Position numbers and translations under genes: made by a program. A DNA stretch of 64,000 bases from an uncultured Actinomycetota bacterium. Its GTDB lineage: Bacteria > Actinomycetota > Actinomycetes > Actinomycetales > Microbacteriaceae. This document shows, piece by piece, positions 29,215 through 39,766 of the stretch. A model generated the notes under the pieces. That model was not told the origin of the DNA and did no database searches. It worked only from the letters and a program-made list of their open reading frames with translations. The stretch's first letter is position 1, and each line of letters begins with the position of its first letter. The stretch covers positions 1,640,440 to 1,704,439 of the forward strand of contig CAVWNJ010000005.1 in the NCBI GenBank assembly GCA_963756375.1. Reading direction: 5' to 3'.

Positions 29215-29763
29215 CAGAAAGAGTTCTTCGGCGATCTCGGCGTTGGACATCCCACGGGCGAGCAATTCCACGACGTTGCTCTCGCGCGGGGATATCTGCT
29301 CCGACTCCTGAAGCGGAACAGAGGCGGGTGCAGGGGCGTGCGAGGCGACCGAGCGCACGAGTTCGCGAGCGATCCCGGGCGAGAGCACGTACCCGCCTTC
29401 GTGCACGCTTCTGATGGCCGCAACGATCTGTTCCGGCTCGGTGTCCTTCACGAGGAAACCGACCGCGCCCGCCCTCAGCGCGGCGATCACTGATTCATCG
29501 GAGCCGAACGTCGTGACGGCGATGACCCGGATGCCCGGCGAACGCTCTGCGAGCTGACCGATCGCGGTGATCCCGTCGCCGCCGGGCATGCGGATGTCCA
29601 TGAGCACGACATCCGGCTCGATGGCACGGCAGAGGCTGATGGCGGTCGGGCCATCCGGAGCCTCGCCGACGACGGTCATATCGCGAGCGGACTCGACGAA
29701 GATGGCGAGGGCGCGCCTGACGAGAGCCTCATCGTCAACGATGACCACTCTTACGTCGGACAT
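29101..29763 (-). CDS. NarL/FixJ-family response regulator with LuxR HTH
   Basis: 220 aa with receiver motifs ([17 protein letters not shown], KD) and a C-terminal LuxR HTH ([35 protein letters not shown]). Confidence 0.85.
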   Translation of the reverse strand: [220 protein letters not shown]

Positions 29764-29873
29764 GTCGAAAGTCTAAGTGAGCGGTTGCCGTCTCCCGGCG
29801 GACCCCGCTACGTCTCAAGGACGTATCGATCGGTAAATGGACCTGTCAGGATCTGTCTGGACATCACCACCGC

Positions 29874-31148
29874 ATGAGAACGAATCACCGAGGAGCCAGC
29901 CGTGTTCACCTTCCTGCCATACGCCAACGATTCCAAGTCGATCTGGGGCGTTTTCTGCCAGTGGCTCAAAATCTGCCGTCCCTGACCCTTCGGCGCCCGC
30001 CGTCCGGATGGCGCGGACTCGATGGGTTCTGGCAGTTCGTTCCGCTGGCACGGCTGCTGAGGATCACGCTGTTGATCGTCGTGCCCCTCGGGGTGGTCGT
30101 CGATGGAGCACTGCGCCTCGCCGGCGAGCCTGCGGGCGGCTTCATCGAATTCGCCTTCTCGACAGCGACCAGCGGATGTCTGCTCCTGATGCTCTGGCGG
30201 CCGCCGGTTGCTGCGGTCTTTCTGGCGTCAGCCGGGTTCGTCGCGGTCGCCATCAACGAGGGGGGCGGCTATCTCACCGCCGTGACCGCGAGCGTTGGCC
30301 TGGTCGTGTACTGCTGTGCCAGGTCGTTCGCCGTGGCGTACGGTTCGATCGTCGTCGGCTGGATAGTGGTCTTCGTCGCCATCCCTCCCGGTCTCCCCCG
30401 AGGCGGTGTCGTCACGCTCTTCGTGATCGGACTCATGTCTGCGGCGGTGGGGTTCTCGCTACAGGCGATGGTCCGCCGCAATGGGGCATTGCGTGAGGCC
30501 CTGGATCTTCATGACGAGCGGCTCGACGATGAGCTTAGAGCGGAGCGCAGTCGTATAGCCGATGAGTTGCACGACATCATCGCCCACGACATCACGATCG
30601 TCGCGATGCACGCGCGCGTGCTCCAGCACACGAGTGATCCCGAAGTGCGATCCGTCTCGCAACAGGCGATCAGCAGAGCGGCCGGTCAGGCCCTGGCCGA
30701 TACCCGGCGAGTTCTCAACCTCATCCACGGGCAACAGAGCGACCCGACTCCTGCCGTGACCGGCGCACCGGGCATCCGTTCCGTCCTCCCCCAGCTTGGC
30801 GATCAGCTTCGCGCCCTCGGTGACACCGTCACGGTCTCAATGGCAAATGGTCCGGAACTCGCGAAGAGCATCGATGCGACACTCGTTCGGATGGCGCGGG
30901 AGTCGGTGACCAACATCGTGAAGCATGGGGCCACACTGCGAACGGTGCACTTCGCGTTGGAGTTCTCCCGTGACTCCGTGGACCTCCGCATCGAGAACGT
31001 GCCCTATCGAGCCGATTCCGCCACGCACGGGCAGCCGGGCTATGGGCTTGCTCGCCTTCACGAGCGCGCCGATCTTCTCGGCGGATCGTTTGCGGCGGGG
31101 CAGGACGGCGAATCGTGGATTGCGCGGATGACCCTCCCGCAAAGGTGA
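29874..31148 (+). CDS. sensor histidine kinase (HisKA_3 / NarX-type, multi-TM N-terminus)
   Basis: H-box ERSRIADELHDIIAHDITIVAMHA and a C-terminal HATPase region. Divergent from its response regulator. N-terminal start uncertain. Confidence 0.8.
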   Translation: MRTNHRGASRVHLPAIRQRFQVDLGRFLPVAQNLPSLTLRRPPSGWRGLDGFWQFVPLARLLRITLLIVVPLGVVVDGALRLAGEPAGGFIEFAFSTATSGCLLLMLWRPPVAAVFLASAGFVAVAINEGGGYLTAVTASVGLVVYCCARSFAVAYGSIVVGWIVVFVAIPPGLPRGGVVTLFVIGLMSAAVGFSLQAMVRRNGALREALDLHDERLDDELRAERSRIADELHDIIAHDITIVAMHARVLQHTSDPEVRSVSQQAISRAAGQALADTRRVLNLIHGQQSDPTPAVTGAPGIRSVLPQLGDQLRALGDTVTVSMANGPELAKSIDATLVRMARESVTNIVKHGATLRTVHFALEFSRDSVDLRIENVPYRADSATHGQPGYGLARLHERADLLGGSFAAGQDGESWIARMTLPQR

Positions 31149-31277
31149 GCATGGACCGGGCTGTTCTACGCCCGCTCCCCGAACGACTCGCCAAACGCGA
31201 GCAGGACTTACCTGTTGCGCTCCGCCTAGGTTTGTAACACGGCGTGCACGCGGCAGGCCCAGCTAGGAGACGCCCCC

Positions 31278-32723
31278 ATGGACTTGTTCGGACTCGTCGG
31301 CATTGCCGTGGCTGCCGGCGCGGTATTCGTCGTCGCGATCATCAGCTTTCTTCTCTTCCGCGCCTGGTACCAGGTACCCAAAGCCGATGAGGCCATCGTG
31401 ATCGTGGGAAAGAGGGCCAGGGACAGCACCGAGGGCGAAGCGAACAAGATGACCGTGATCAGCGGTCGAGGCGCCTTCGTGAACAAGTTGACGCAGCGAT
31501 CCGACAGGGTCTCGCTGCGCTCGCGCCAGATCAAGTTCGAACCAACGGCGCAGACCAACAACGGTGTGACCATCGACCTCACCGGAGTCGCACTCGTGAA
31601 GATCGGCTCGACACCCGACCAGGTGCGACGCGCGGCCGAGCGCTTCGCCTCGCAGGATGACGCCATCGTCGTGTTCACCACGGAGCAGCTCGAGGGCGCT
31701 CTTCGCGGCGTCGTGGCGAAGCTCACGGTGGAACAGGTCATGCAGGACAGGCAGAAGCTCAGCGACGAGATCGCAGAGGGCATCTCCGGCGACCTGCTCG
31801 CGCAGGGCCTGGTGCTCGACTCTTTCGCCATCCAGGGCATCACCGACAAGAACAACTACATTTCGGCGCTCGGGGCGAAGGAAGTCCAGCGCGTGAAGCG
31901 GGAAGCGGATGTGGCGGAGATCGACGCCACTCGCGAGGTGAAGAAGCGCCAGCTGGCGGCGGATGAGGCGAACCTCATCGAACAGACCGCGCTCGACAAG
32001 AACAGCGCGGCGGCCAAATCCGAGGTCGGCCGCGCGAACGCCCAGGCCGAACAGGCGGAGAACCTCGCCCGCGCCGAAGCCGAGCAGGGCGTGCTGCTTC
32101 AGGAGGCGAACAACACCCAGGCCCGACTCGACTCCGAGGTGAAGAAGGTCGCAGACGCCGACAAATACCGGCAGCAGTCCGCCGCCGACGCGGAGGCGTA
32201 CACGCGGCAGAAGAACGCCGAGGCCGAGCGCCGGGTTGCTCAGGAGCGCTCCGATGCCGAGGCGTATGCGGTGAAGACGCAGGCCGAGGCGCGCGAGGCG
32301 TCGGCGTCGGCCGAGGCGGCCGCGGTGCGGGTGCAGGCCGAAGCGGAGGCCGAGGCGATTCGACTCCGCGGTGTCGCCACCGCCGAGGCGATCGCAGCGG
32401 AGGCGGCCGCGCTGAGCGAGAACCGGGACGCGATTCTGGCGAAGGAGATCATCGGACAGCTGCCGCAGCTGATGGCCGCATTCGCCAAGGGCTACGAGCG
32501 CGTCGGGGCCATTACCCTCATCGGCGGCGACAGTGCCGCAACTCACCTTGCCCGCGAGCAGTCCGCGAGCCTCAGTGCGACGTTCGAGAGCGTGAAGGCT
32601 GCAACCGGGCTCGACCTCGGCGCCATCATCCAGGGCCAGGCACTCGGCCGAGGGATCGCCGAGGGTTCACAGACGCCCACGACCGCAGGCAGTGGCGCGA
32701 GCTTCGACGAGACGATCGCGTAA
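31278..32723 (+). CDS. flotillin-like SPFH/band 7 protein (FloT/YuaG-like)
   Basis: 481 aa with an N-terminal TM, an SPFH domain and a long Ala/Glu-rich coiled coil (AEAEAEA repeats). RBS aggaga upstream. Confidence 0.85.
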   Translation: MDLFGLVGIAVAAGAVFVVAIISFLLFRAWYQVPKADEAIVIVGKRARDSTEGEANKMTVISGRGAFVNKLTQRSDRVSLRSRQIKFEPTAQTNNGVTIDLTGVALVKIGSTPDQVRRAAERFASQDDAIVVFTTEQLEGALRGVVAKLTVEQVMQDRQKLSDEIAEGISGDLLAQGLVLDSFAIQGITDKNNYISALGAKEVQRVKREADVAEIDATREVKKRQLAADEANLIEQTALDKNSAAAKSEVGRANAQAEQAENLARAEAEQGVLLQEANNTQARLDSEVKKVADADKYRQQSAADAEAYTRQKNAEAERRVAQERSDAEAYAVKTQAEAREASASAEAAAVRVQAEAEAEAIRLRGVATAEAIAAEAAALSENRDAILAKEIIGQLPQLMAAFAKGYERVGAITLIGGDSAATHLAREQSASLSATFESVKAATGLDLGAIIQGQALGRGIAEGSQTPTTAGSGASFDETIA

Positions 32724-32768
32724 GGCCGCGCTCATGGAACCGCTGGCGACAGCCCTTACGCTCACGGG

Positions 32769-33200
32769 GTGAGTCCCTCCCGCTCGATCGCCCGCTGGCT
32801 GCTCGGCCTCGCCCTGCTGTTTGCCGGAATCAGCCACCTCACGTTCGCCCGAGACGCATTCGTGGCTCAGGTGCCGTCGTGGTTGCCCCTGCCCGCAGAC
32901 TTCGTGGTCGTGGCATCCGGCGTCGTCGAGATCGGACTCGGGCTCGGCTTGATCCTGTTGGCGCGGCACCGCGTCGTCGTCGGATGGCTCACCGCCGCGT
33001 TCTTCGTCGCCATCTTCCCGGGCAACATCGAGCAATTCGTCAGCGGAACCGCCTCCCTAGGTCTCGACAGCGACCTGGCCAGGGGCATCCGGCTGCTCTT
33101 TCAGCCGCTGCTCGTGGTGTGGGCGCTCTGGTCGACCGGGGCATGGAAGGCGTGGCGCGATCATCGCAGGGATCGGGCCGGCAAAACTTCCCACCAGTAG
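32769..33200 (+). CDS. DoxX family membrane protein
   Basis: 143 aa with 4 TM. DoxX-like composition. GTG start. Confidence 0.65.
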   Translation: MSPSRSIARWLLGLALLFAGISHLTFARDAFVAQVPSWLPLPADFVVVASGVVEIGLGLGLILLARHRVVVGWLTAAFFVAIFPGNIEQFVSGTASLGLDSDLARGIRLLFQPLLVVWALWSTGAWKAWRDHRRDRAGKTSHQ

Positions 33201-33285
33201 CTCGGACTCGCTCCGGTGAGCTGCCGGCATGGCAGCACAAGCAAAAAGTCCGGCACCCGTGGCGAGACGGGAGACCGGACTTTTC

Positions 33286-33358
33286 GTGACCCCAACGGGA
33301 TTCGAACCCGTGTTACCGCCGTGAGAGGGCAGCGTACTAGGCCGCTATACGATGGGGC
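33286..33358 (-). tRNA. tRNA-Glu (anticodon CTC)
   Basis: Minus-strand sequence GGCCCCATCGTATAGCGGCCTAGTACGCTGCCCTCTCACGGCGGTAACACGGGTTCGAATCCCGTTGGGGTCA folds as a cloverleaf with anticodon loop CT-CTC-AC. The GGTTCGAATCC T-loop is present. CCA is not encoded. Confidence 0.85.
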
Positions 33359-33418
33359 CGTAAGCAACCTGACGAGTATGCCACACCAAGTACGTCGCCC
33401 GCCAATCGAGCGAAACGG

Positions 33419-34345
33419 TCACGCCAGAATGCCGATCGCGCCGGGCACGAGCTCGATGTCGAGCGGGAAAAAGTCGACCCTTTCGCCGTCTGCATACCCC
33501 ACCACGCCCGCCACCTCGATGCGCACGCGACGTGCGCGGGTCACCGTCACGCGCGGGTCGTTCAGGTGGGCTCCGGTGAACACCTTCGGGAAGATCCGCA
33601 GCAGGCCCGCGCGACCGACGGGGTCGAGGGTGACCACATCGAACTGCCCGTCGTCGAGCCGCGCATCCGGTGCGACGAGCATCCCTCCGCCGAACGAGCG
33701 GTTATTTGCCACGGCCACGAGCGTGGCCCGCTGGGTGCGCACAACGCCGTCGATCTCGATCACATACTCACGCGCGGTGAGACCCGCGAGCTCCAACAGC
33801 AGCGCCAGCGTGTACCGGTGACGTCCGCGCGGCCAGCGGAGCGCGTTCGCCCTCTCGTTGACGAGCGCATCGAACCCGCCGGAAAGCACGCCTGCGAACC
33901 AGGTCTCCTGCCCGGACGCGCGCGTGATGCGGCCCACATCGATGCGGCGGACGGGACGCCTCAGCGCCGCGAGCATCGTGTCGATCGCGGCATCCGCGTC
34001 GTCCACCGGAATGCCGAGTCCACGGGCCAGGTCGTTGCCCGTGCCGGACGGGATGATGCCGAGAGGGAGTGCCCGCGCGGGGTCGTCGGGCCGAGCAGCC
34101 CCGATGATGCCCACCCCGAGCGACACCATTCCATCCCCGCCCACCACCACGAGCGCATCCGCACCTGCCGCGACGGCCGACAGCACCGACACCCGGAGTT
34201 CCGCATAATCCGCCTCGACGCACACCCGCACGTCGTGCCCGGCACGTCGCAGCTCGGAGACGGCGCGGTCCGCGACGCCCCTCGTGCGCCCGAAGGCGGC
34301 TGCGGGATTCACGGCGACGATGAGGCGCAAGCGGGTGGGCGGCAT
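33419..34345 (-). CDS. diacylglycerol/lipid kinase family protein (YegS/DagK-like)
   Basis: 308 aa with the NPAAxxG..., GGDGTV and GTGND motifs of the DAGK catalytic domain. Confidence 0.8.
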   Translation of the reverse strand: MPPTRLRLIVAVNPAAAFGRTRGVADRAVSELRRAGHDVRVCVEADYAELRVSVLSAVAAGADALVVVGGDGMVSLGVGIIGAARPDDPARALPLGIIPSGTGNDLARGLGIPVDDADAAIDTMLAALRRPVRRIDVGRITRASGQETWFAGVLSGGFDALVNERANALRWPRGRHRYTLALLLELAGLTAREYVIEIDGVVRTQRATLVAVANNRSFGGGMLVAPDARLDDGQFDVVTLDPVGRAGLLRIFPKVFTGAHLNDPRVTVTRARRVRIEVAGVVGYADGERVDFFPLDIELVPGAIGILA

Positions 34346-34413
34346 GATGTCCGATTATCCAGGGCGCGGCAAGCTGCAGGAACGGGTCGGTGGCCGAACG
34401 TAGGATCGGGTTC

Positions 34414-35052
34414 ATGAAGGTCACCAAGCACGAGCACGCCTGCCTCGAGATCGAGGCTCAGGGCGACATCCTCATCGTCGACCCGGGGATGTTCACCACC
34501 CTCCTCGACCCCACCACCCATGTTGTCGCGGTCGTGATCACGCACGAGCACCCCGACCATTGGACCCCCGAGCACCTGGGCCGCATCCTCAAAATGAGTC
34601 CGGATGCGCGGATCTTCGGTCCGTCCGGCGTCGCCGTCGCGGCCGCCGACTTCGACATCACCGTGGTCGCCGCGGGCGACGAGCACACGGTCGGTGCCTT
34701 CACCGTGCGCTTCTTCGGCGAGAAGCACGCCGAGATCCATCGCTCCATCCCGCTCGTGGACAACGTGGGGGTGCTGGTCAACGATGAGCTCTACTACGCA
34801 GGCGACTCCTACACGGTGCCGGAGGGTGTGCAGGTCGGCACCCTCGCCGCGCCCGCCGGGGCACCGTGGCTCAAGATCGGCGAGGTGATGGACTACGTGG
34901 AGGCGATCGCACCGAAGCGCAGCTTCCCCACGCACGAGATGGTGCTGTCGGTGGCCGGTAAGAACATGTCGAACCAGCGCATCGGGCAGGTCACCGAGGC
35001 GGGCGGAGGCACGTTCCACCCGCTTCAACCGGGAGAGTCGCTCGACATCTGA
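34414..35052 (+). CDS. MBL-fold metallo-hydrolase
   Basis: HxHxDH motif (ITHEHPDH). Start chosen at MKVTKHEH with aggat about 9 nt upstream (the ORF extends to 34390). Confidence 0.75.
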   Translation: MKVTKHEHACLEIEAQGDILIVDPGMFTTLLDPTTHVVAVVITHEHPDHWTPEHLGRILKMSPDARIFGPSGVAVAAADFDITVVAAGDEHTVGAFTVRFFGEKHAEIHRSIPLVDNVGVLVNDELYYAGDSYTVPEGVQVGTLAAPAGAPWLKIGEVMDYVEAIAPKRSFPTHEMVLSVAGKNMSNQRIGQVTEAGGGTFHPLQPGESLDI

Positions 35053-36017
35053 GTAACGGCGGTCGCGCTCCGGCCTCGCACGAGCACGAGCCCCGCGGCG
35101 ACGAGCATGCCCGCCGCCAGCACCGCAGTCGCCCCGACCGTTGCTGCTCCGGGCTGCACGATCGATTCGCCGCGCAACGCCTGCCAGGTGATCACGACGA
35201 TGAGTCCGAGGTATCCGGCGGCGACGACGCCGACGAGTCCGGAGCGCACGTGCGGCACACGGAGCAGGGCCACGCGGCGCGACAGCAGTTCGATCAGGAT
35301 GAGCACGATCGGAATGGCCTGCAGCGCGTGCATCCCGACGAAGTGGGGCACCCTGAGGTCTCCCGCCACGGTGCTCCATCCGAGAATCGGGAGACCAGGG
35401 CCACCATCGGCCAGCCCGACGGTGTGAGCGCCGGCAACACCCTGGAAGTCGGCGAGCTGGTCAGAGGTGGGCGAGGTCATGAGAAAACCGAGCGCGAGTC
35501 CGAGCAACGACAGCATCACGGCGGACCGGATCGCGAGCGTGCGCGCCCGGTCGAGAAAAGTCGTGCGGAACAGCACTACCGCGATCACGAGGTTGGCGAC
35601 CCACAGCACCGTGATCGAAACGGCCATGACCGACCAGAGTGCGGCGGCCAACGGGCTCGACACGTTGAAGTGGCTGGTCACGCCGAACGCCGCAGCGCCG
35701 ACGATCACCGCAACTTCCACGGCGAGCGCGAGCGCGATCACGGTGCCCGCGACCGTCGCAGTGCGCCTGCCGCGGTCGAGTTGACCGATCAGCCACGACC
35801 AGGTGACCGAGTAGATCACCGTCGACAGTGCGAACTTCAGCGGTTTGTCCCAGGCGCCGAGCCCCGTCACATCCCGCGTGTCGGCGAAGCGCAGCACCAG
35901 GGCCACGAGGGCGAGCAGCGCCATCGAGGCCGCCAGCCAGAGCAGCGGTCGATGCCACCGCACGGCGCGGGGTTCGGCGGAGGTGGTAGGTAGCAGGTCG
36001 ACGAAGGTCATGGTCAA
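35025..36017 (-). CDS. hypothetical multi-TM membrane protein
   Basis: 330 aa with about 8 predicted TM helices. No recognisable motif. Confidence 0.5.
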   Translation of the reverse strand: MTMTFVDLLPTTSAEPRAVRWHRPLLWLAASMALLALVALVLRFADTRDVTGLGAWDKPLKFALSTVIYSVTWSWLIGQLDRGRRTATVAGTVIALALAVEVAVIVGAAAFGVTSHFNVSSPLAAALWSVMAVSITVLWVANLVIAVVLFRTTFLDRARTLAIRSAVMLSLLGLALGFLMTSPTSDQLADFQGVAGAHTVGLADGGPGLPILGWSTVAGDLRVPHFVGMHALQAIPIVLILIELLSRRVALLRVPHVRSGLVGVVAAGYLGLIVVITWQALRGESIVQPGAATVGATAVLAAGMLVAAGLVLVRGRSATAVTQMSSDSPG

Positions 36018-36688
36018 CTCCCGGGTGGTTGTCGCTCACCACGGCCAAAAGGGTCGGCGGCGTCGGCGAGCGGGTACTGCTCGAATGTCACGTGTTCTTG
36101 GGCGAGGCGGCGGGCCGCCGCGAAGAGGGCGTCGCCGAGCACAGTGCCGGCGACGACCACGGTGGCCATGTCGGCCAGGCTGGATTGCAGAGCGACCGAG
36201 CGGAGGTCCGCCCGGGCGACGATTTCGGCGGCCGTGAGGTAGTCGGCGAGAACATCGGTGAGCTCCGGATGCCCGACCGCGGCGAACGCGTCGAGCACAT
36301 TCGCGGCTCCGACCCTGGCTGGGGCATCCGCGGTCACGAGCCATCCGCGATCCGCGATCGCGGTGTCGACGACGTCGCGCGACGCATCGGATGCGGGGTC
36401 GGTGTAGATGGCGGCGCCGGATATCGCGTACTGCGCCACCCCGAAGACATGACCCAGCGGCATGCCCTCCGCGTCGACCGCGTCGAGCACCTCCCGGGCC
36501 GTCGCGATGCTCAGCGACCCGATCTCCACGAGCGCGCGAATGAGGCGCAGGCGCTCGAGGTGGCCCTCGTCGTAGTCCGCCTGGTTCGCCCCGGTGGCAC
36601 GTCCGGGCGCGAGGAGGTGCTCTCTCAGGTAGTACTTGATGGTGGGCAGGGCAACGCCGGAGCGCTTGCTCAGTTCGGAAATCCTCAC
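36014..36688 (-). CDS. MerR family transcriptional regulator
   Basis: N-terminal MerR HTH (MRISELSKRSGVALPTIKYYLREHLLAPG) with a C-terminal effector domain. Confidence 0.75.
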   Translation of the reverse strand: MRISELSKRSGVALPTIKYYLREHLLAPGRATGANQADYDEGHLERLRLIRALVEIGSLSIATAREVLDAVDAEGMPLGHVFGVAQYAISGAAIYTDPASDASRDVVDTAIADRGWLVTADAPARVGAANVLDAFAAVGHPELTDVLADYLTAAEIVARADLRSVALQSSLADMATVVVAGTVLGDALFAAARRLAQEHVTFEQYPLADAADPFGRGERQPPGS

Positions 36689-36721
36689 ATGGATAGTTCT
36701 ACTATCCGATAGTCGTGCTGT

Positions 36722-37425
36722 CTATATCAGGGGAGAGAGTTTCTCCGAATATTCGCTCACCAGCAGGAAGCGCGCCTCGGCGTCCTCCTCGATGACGGCG
36801 TACCGCGGGAAAGGGTCGAGAAATGTGTTGTCGCCGGCGTCGTCGTTCACGGATGACACCTCCGCCGCGAAGACGCGGGATCCCTCCGCCCAGAACCTGT
36901 GGAACACGCCGGGAGCGATGTGGATGCTCTGGCCGGCGGCCAGCGACACCCGCTCGGTAGCCGTGACCTCCCGGACAACCCCGTCGACGAAGGTGCGCAC
37001 CGGCTCCTCCCCCAGCGTGCCGTCGGCATCCGATCGCAACTCGAGCACGAGGGTGCCACCGCCACGGTTGATGATGTCCTCGGCCTTGCGTTCGTGCTTG
37101 TGGAAGGGCGTCTCCTGCCCGACCCCGACGAACATCACCTTCTCGGCGTAGGTCTGCCCGTGACCCGAGTCGCGCTCGGCGAGGGAGCCGTTGCGGAGTG
37201 TGCAGAGGCACAGGCCCACGCTGGCGAAGTCGCCGCGGCCGAAATCGGTGACGTCCCAGCCGAGACCACGCTCGGCGGTGGGAGCGAGCTCCTCGGCGCG
37301 ACTGAGCCACTCCTCCCGGCCCCAGGTGGCGAAGCCCGGCAGCGCGAAGCGGTACCGCGCGGCCTCGGCGAGGGCATCCTCGATCGTTCCGTCGATCACC
37401 GAACGCTTCATGGGCGCCGGCGCCA

Positions 37426-37429
<4 letters not shown>
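36722..37429 (-). CDS. cupin-fold sugar isomerase-like protein (D-lyxose/D-mannose isomerase family)
   Basis: 235 aa with HKHERKAEDIINRGGG and a second conserved His further on, resembling YdaE-type cupin isomerases. Confidence 0.5.
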
Positions 37430-38562
<1,133 letters not shown>

Positions 38563-38597
38563 GGCCGGGCGATGGGTTCTGGCGGCACCCGGCGGGC

Positions 38598-38736
38598 GGC
38601 ATCCTCACCCCCGGGCGCCATCCCCACCCCCGGGCGCCATCCCTCACCCCCCGGGCGCCATCCCTCACCCGAGTTGCCCACTTTTGCGGCCAAATCGCCC
38701 GAAATGGCCCTGTTTGCGCGCAAAAGTGGGCAACTC
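38598..38736. promoter_or_regulatory. divergent-promoter region with about four tandem copies of a 20-21-bp unit (cgccatccYcacccccggg, 38598-38670) and an 18-bp perfect inverted repeat (gagttgcccacttttgcg, 30-nt spacer, cgcaaaagtgggcaactc, 38671-38736)
   Basis: Seen directly in the sequence. Located between the two divergently transcribed aldo/keto reductase genes. Confidence 0.5.
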
Positions 38737-38905
38737 GGTGAAGTGGGAGACGGGGCCGCCGCCGATTCAGAAGCCGGAGTGCACGATGGGATGCCCAATA
38801 TCGGTTGGACACACGGATTGGCGCGACGGATGCTTGATCGGGGCGCCGCGACGCGCCCGGTGCCGTCGCGCGAGCGGCGGCAGCCCGAGCAGAGAGCAGG
38901 ACTCG

Positions 38906-39766
38906 ATGAATTCACGCACAATCGGCGACATGCAGGTCAGCGCCATCGGACTGGGCGGAATGCCCATGTCGATCGAAGGCCGCCCCGACGAGGCACGATC
39001 GATCGCCACCATCCACGCCGCCCTCGACGCCGGTGTCACCATCATCGACACGGCGGACGCCTACCACCTGCACGCCGACGAGGTGGGGCACAACGAGGAG
39101 CTCATCGCCCGCGCCGTCGCCTCCTGGGGCGGAGACACGTCCGACGTGCTCGTGGCGACGAAGGGCGGCCACCTCCGCCCAGGCGACGGCAGCTGGTATG
39201 TCGACGGCCGTCCCGAGTACCTCAAGCAGGCGGCGGAGGCATCGCTGAAGCGTCTGGGCGGCGACGCGATCGGTCTGTACCAGTTCCACCGCCCGGACCC
39301 CGCCGTGCCCTACGCCGACTCGGTCGGAGCGATCCGCGACCTGCTCGACGCCGGCACGATCCGCATGGCCGGAATCTCGAACGCCAACCCGGAGCAGATC
39401 CGGCAGGCCAACGAGATCCTCGGCGGCCGCCTGGTGTCGGTGCAGAACCAGTTCTCGCCCGCGTTCCGCAGCAGCGAGCCGGAGCTCGAGCTGTGCACCG
39501 AGCTCGGTATCGCGTTCATCCCGTGGAGCCCGCTCGGCGGCATCTCGAACGCGAGCGCTCTGGGTGACAAGTTCGCCGCGTTCAAGACGCTCGCCGACGA
39601 GCGCGACGTGACCCCGCAGGTCGTGGCGCTCGCGTGGCACCTCGCCAAGTCGCCGCAGGTCATCCCCATCCCGGGTGCATCACGCCCGGAGAGCATCCGC
39701 AACTCCGCTCAGGCGGTGGAGCTCACCCTCACCGCCGACGAGATGGCCGCGCTCGACGCGTCCTGA
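38906..39766 (+). CDS. aldo/keto reductase (about 286 aa)
   Basis: True start MNSRTIGDMQVSAIGLGGM (ATG 38906, RBS agcagga) inside ORF 38489..39766. AKR motifs IDTADAY and GISN. Confidence 0.85.
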   Translation: MNSRTIGDMQVSAIGLGGMPMSIEGRPDEARSIATIHAALDAGVTIIDTADAYHLHADEVGHNEELIARAVASWGGDTSDVLVATKGGHLRPGDGSWYVDGRPEYLKQAAEASLKRLGGDAIGLYQFHRPDPAVPYADSVGAIRDLLDAGTIRMAGISNANPEQIRQANEILGGRLVSVQNQFSPAFRSSEPELELCTELGIAFIPWSPLGGISNASALGDKFAAFKTLADERDVTPQVVALAWHLAKSPQVIPIPGASRPESIRNSAQAVELTLTADEMAALDAS

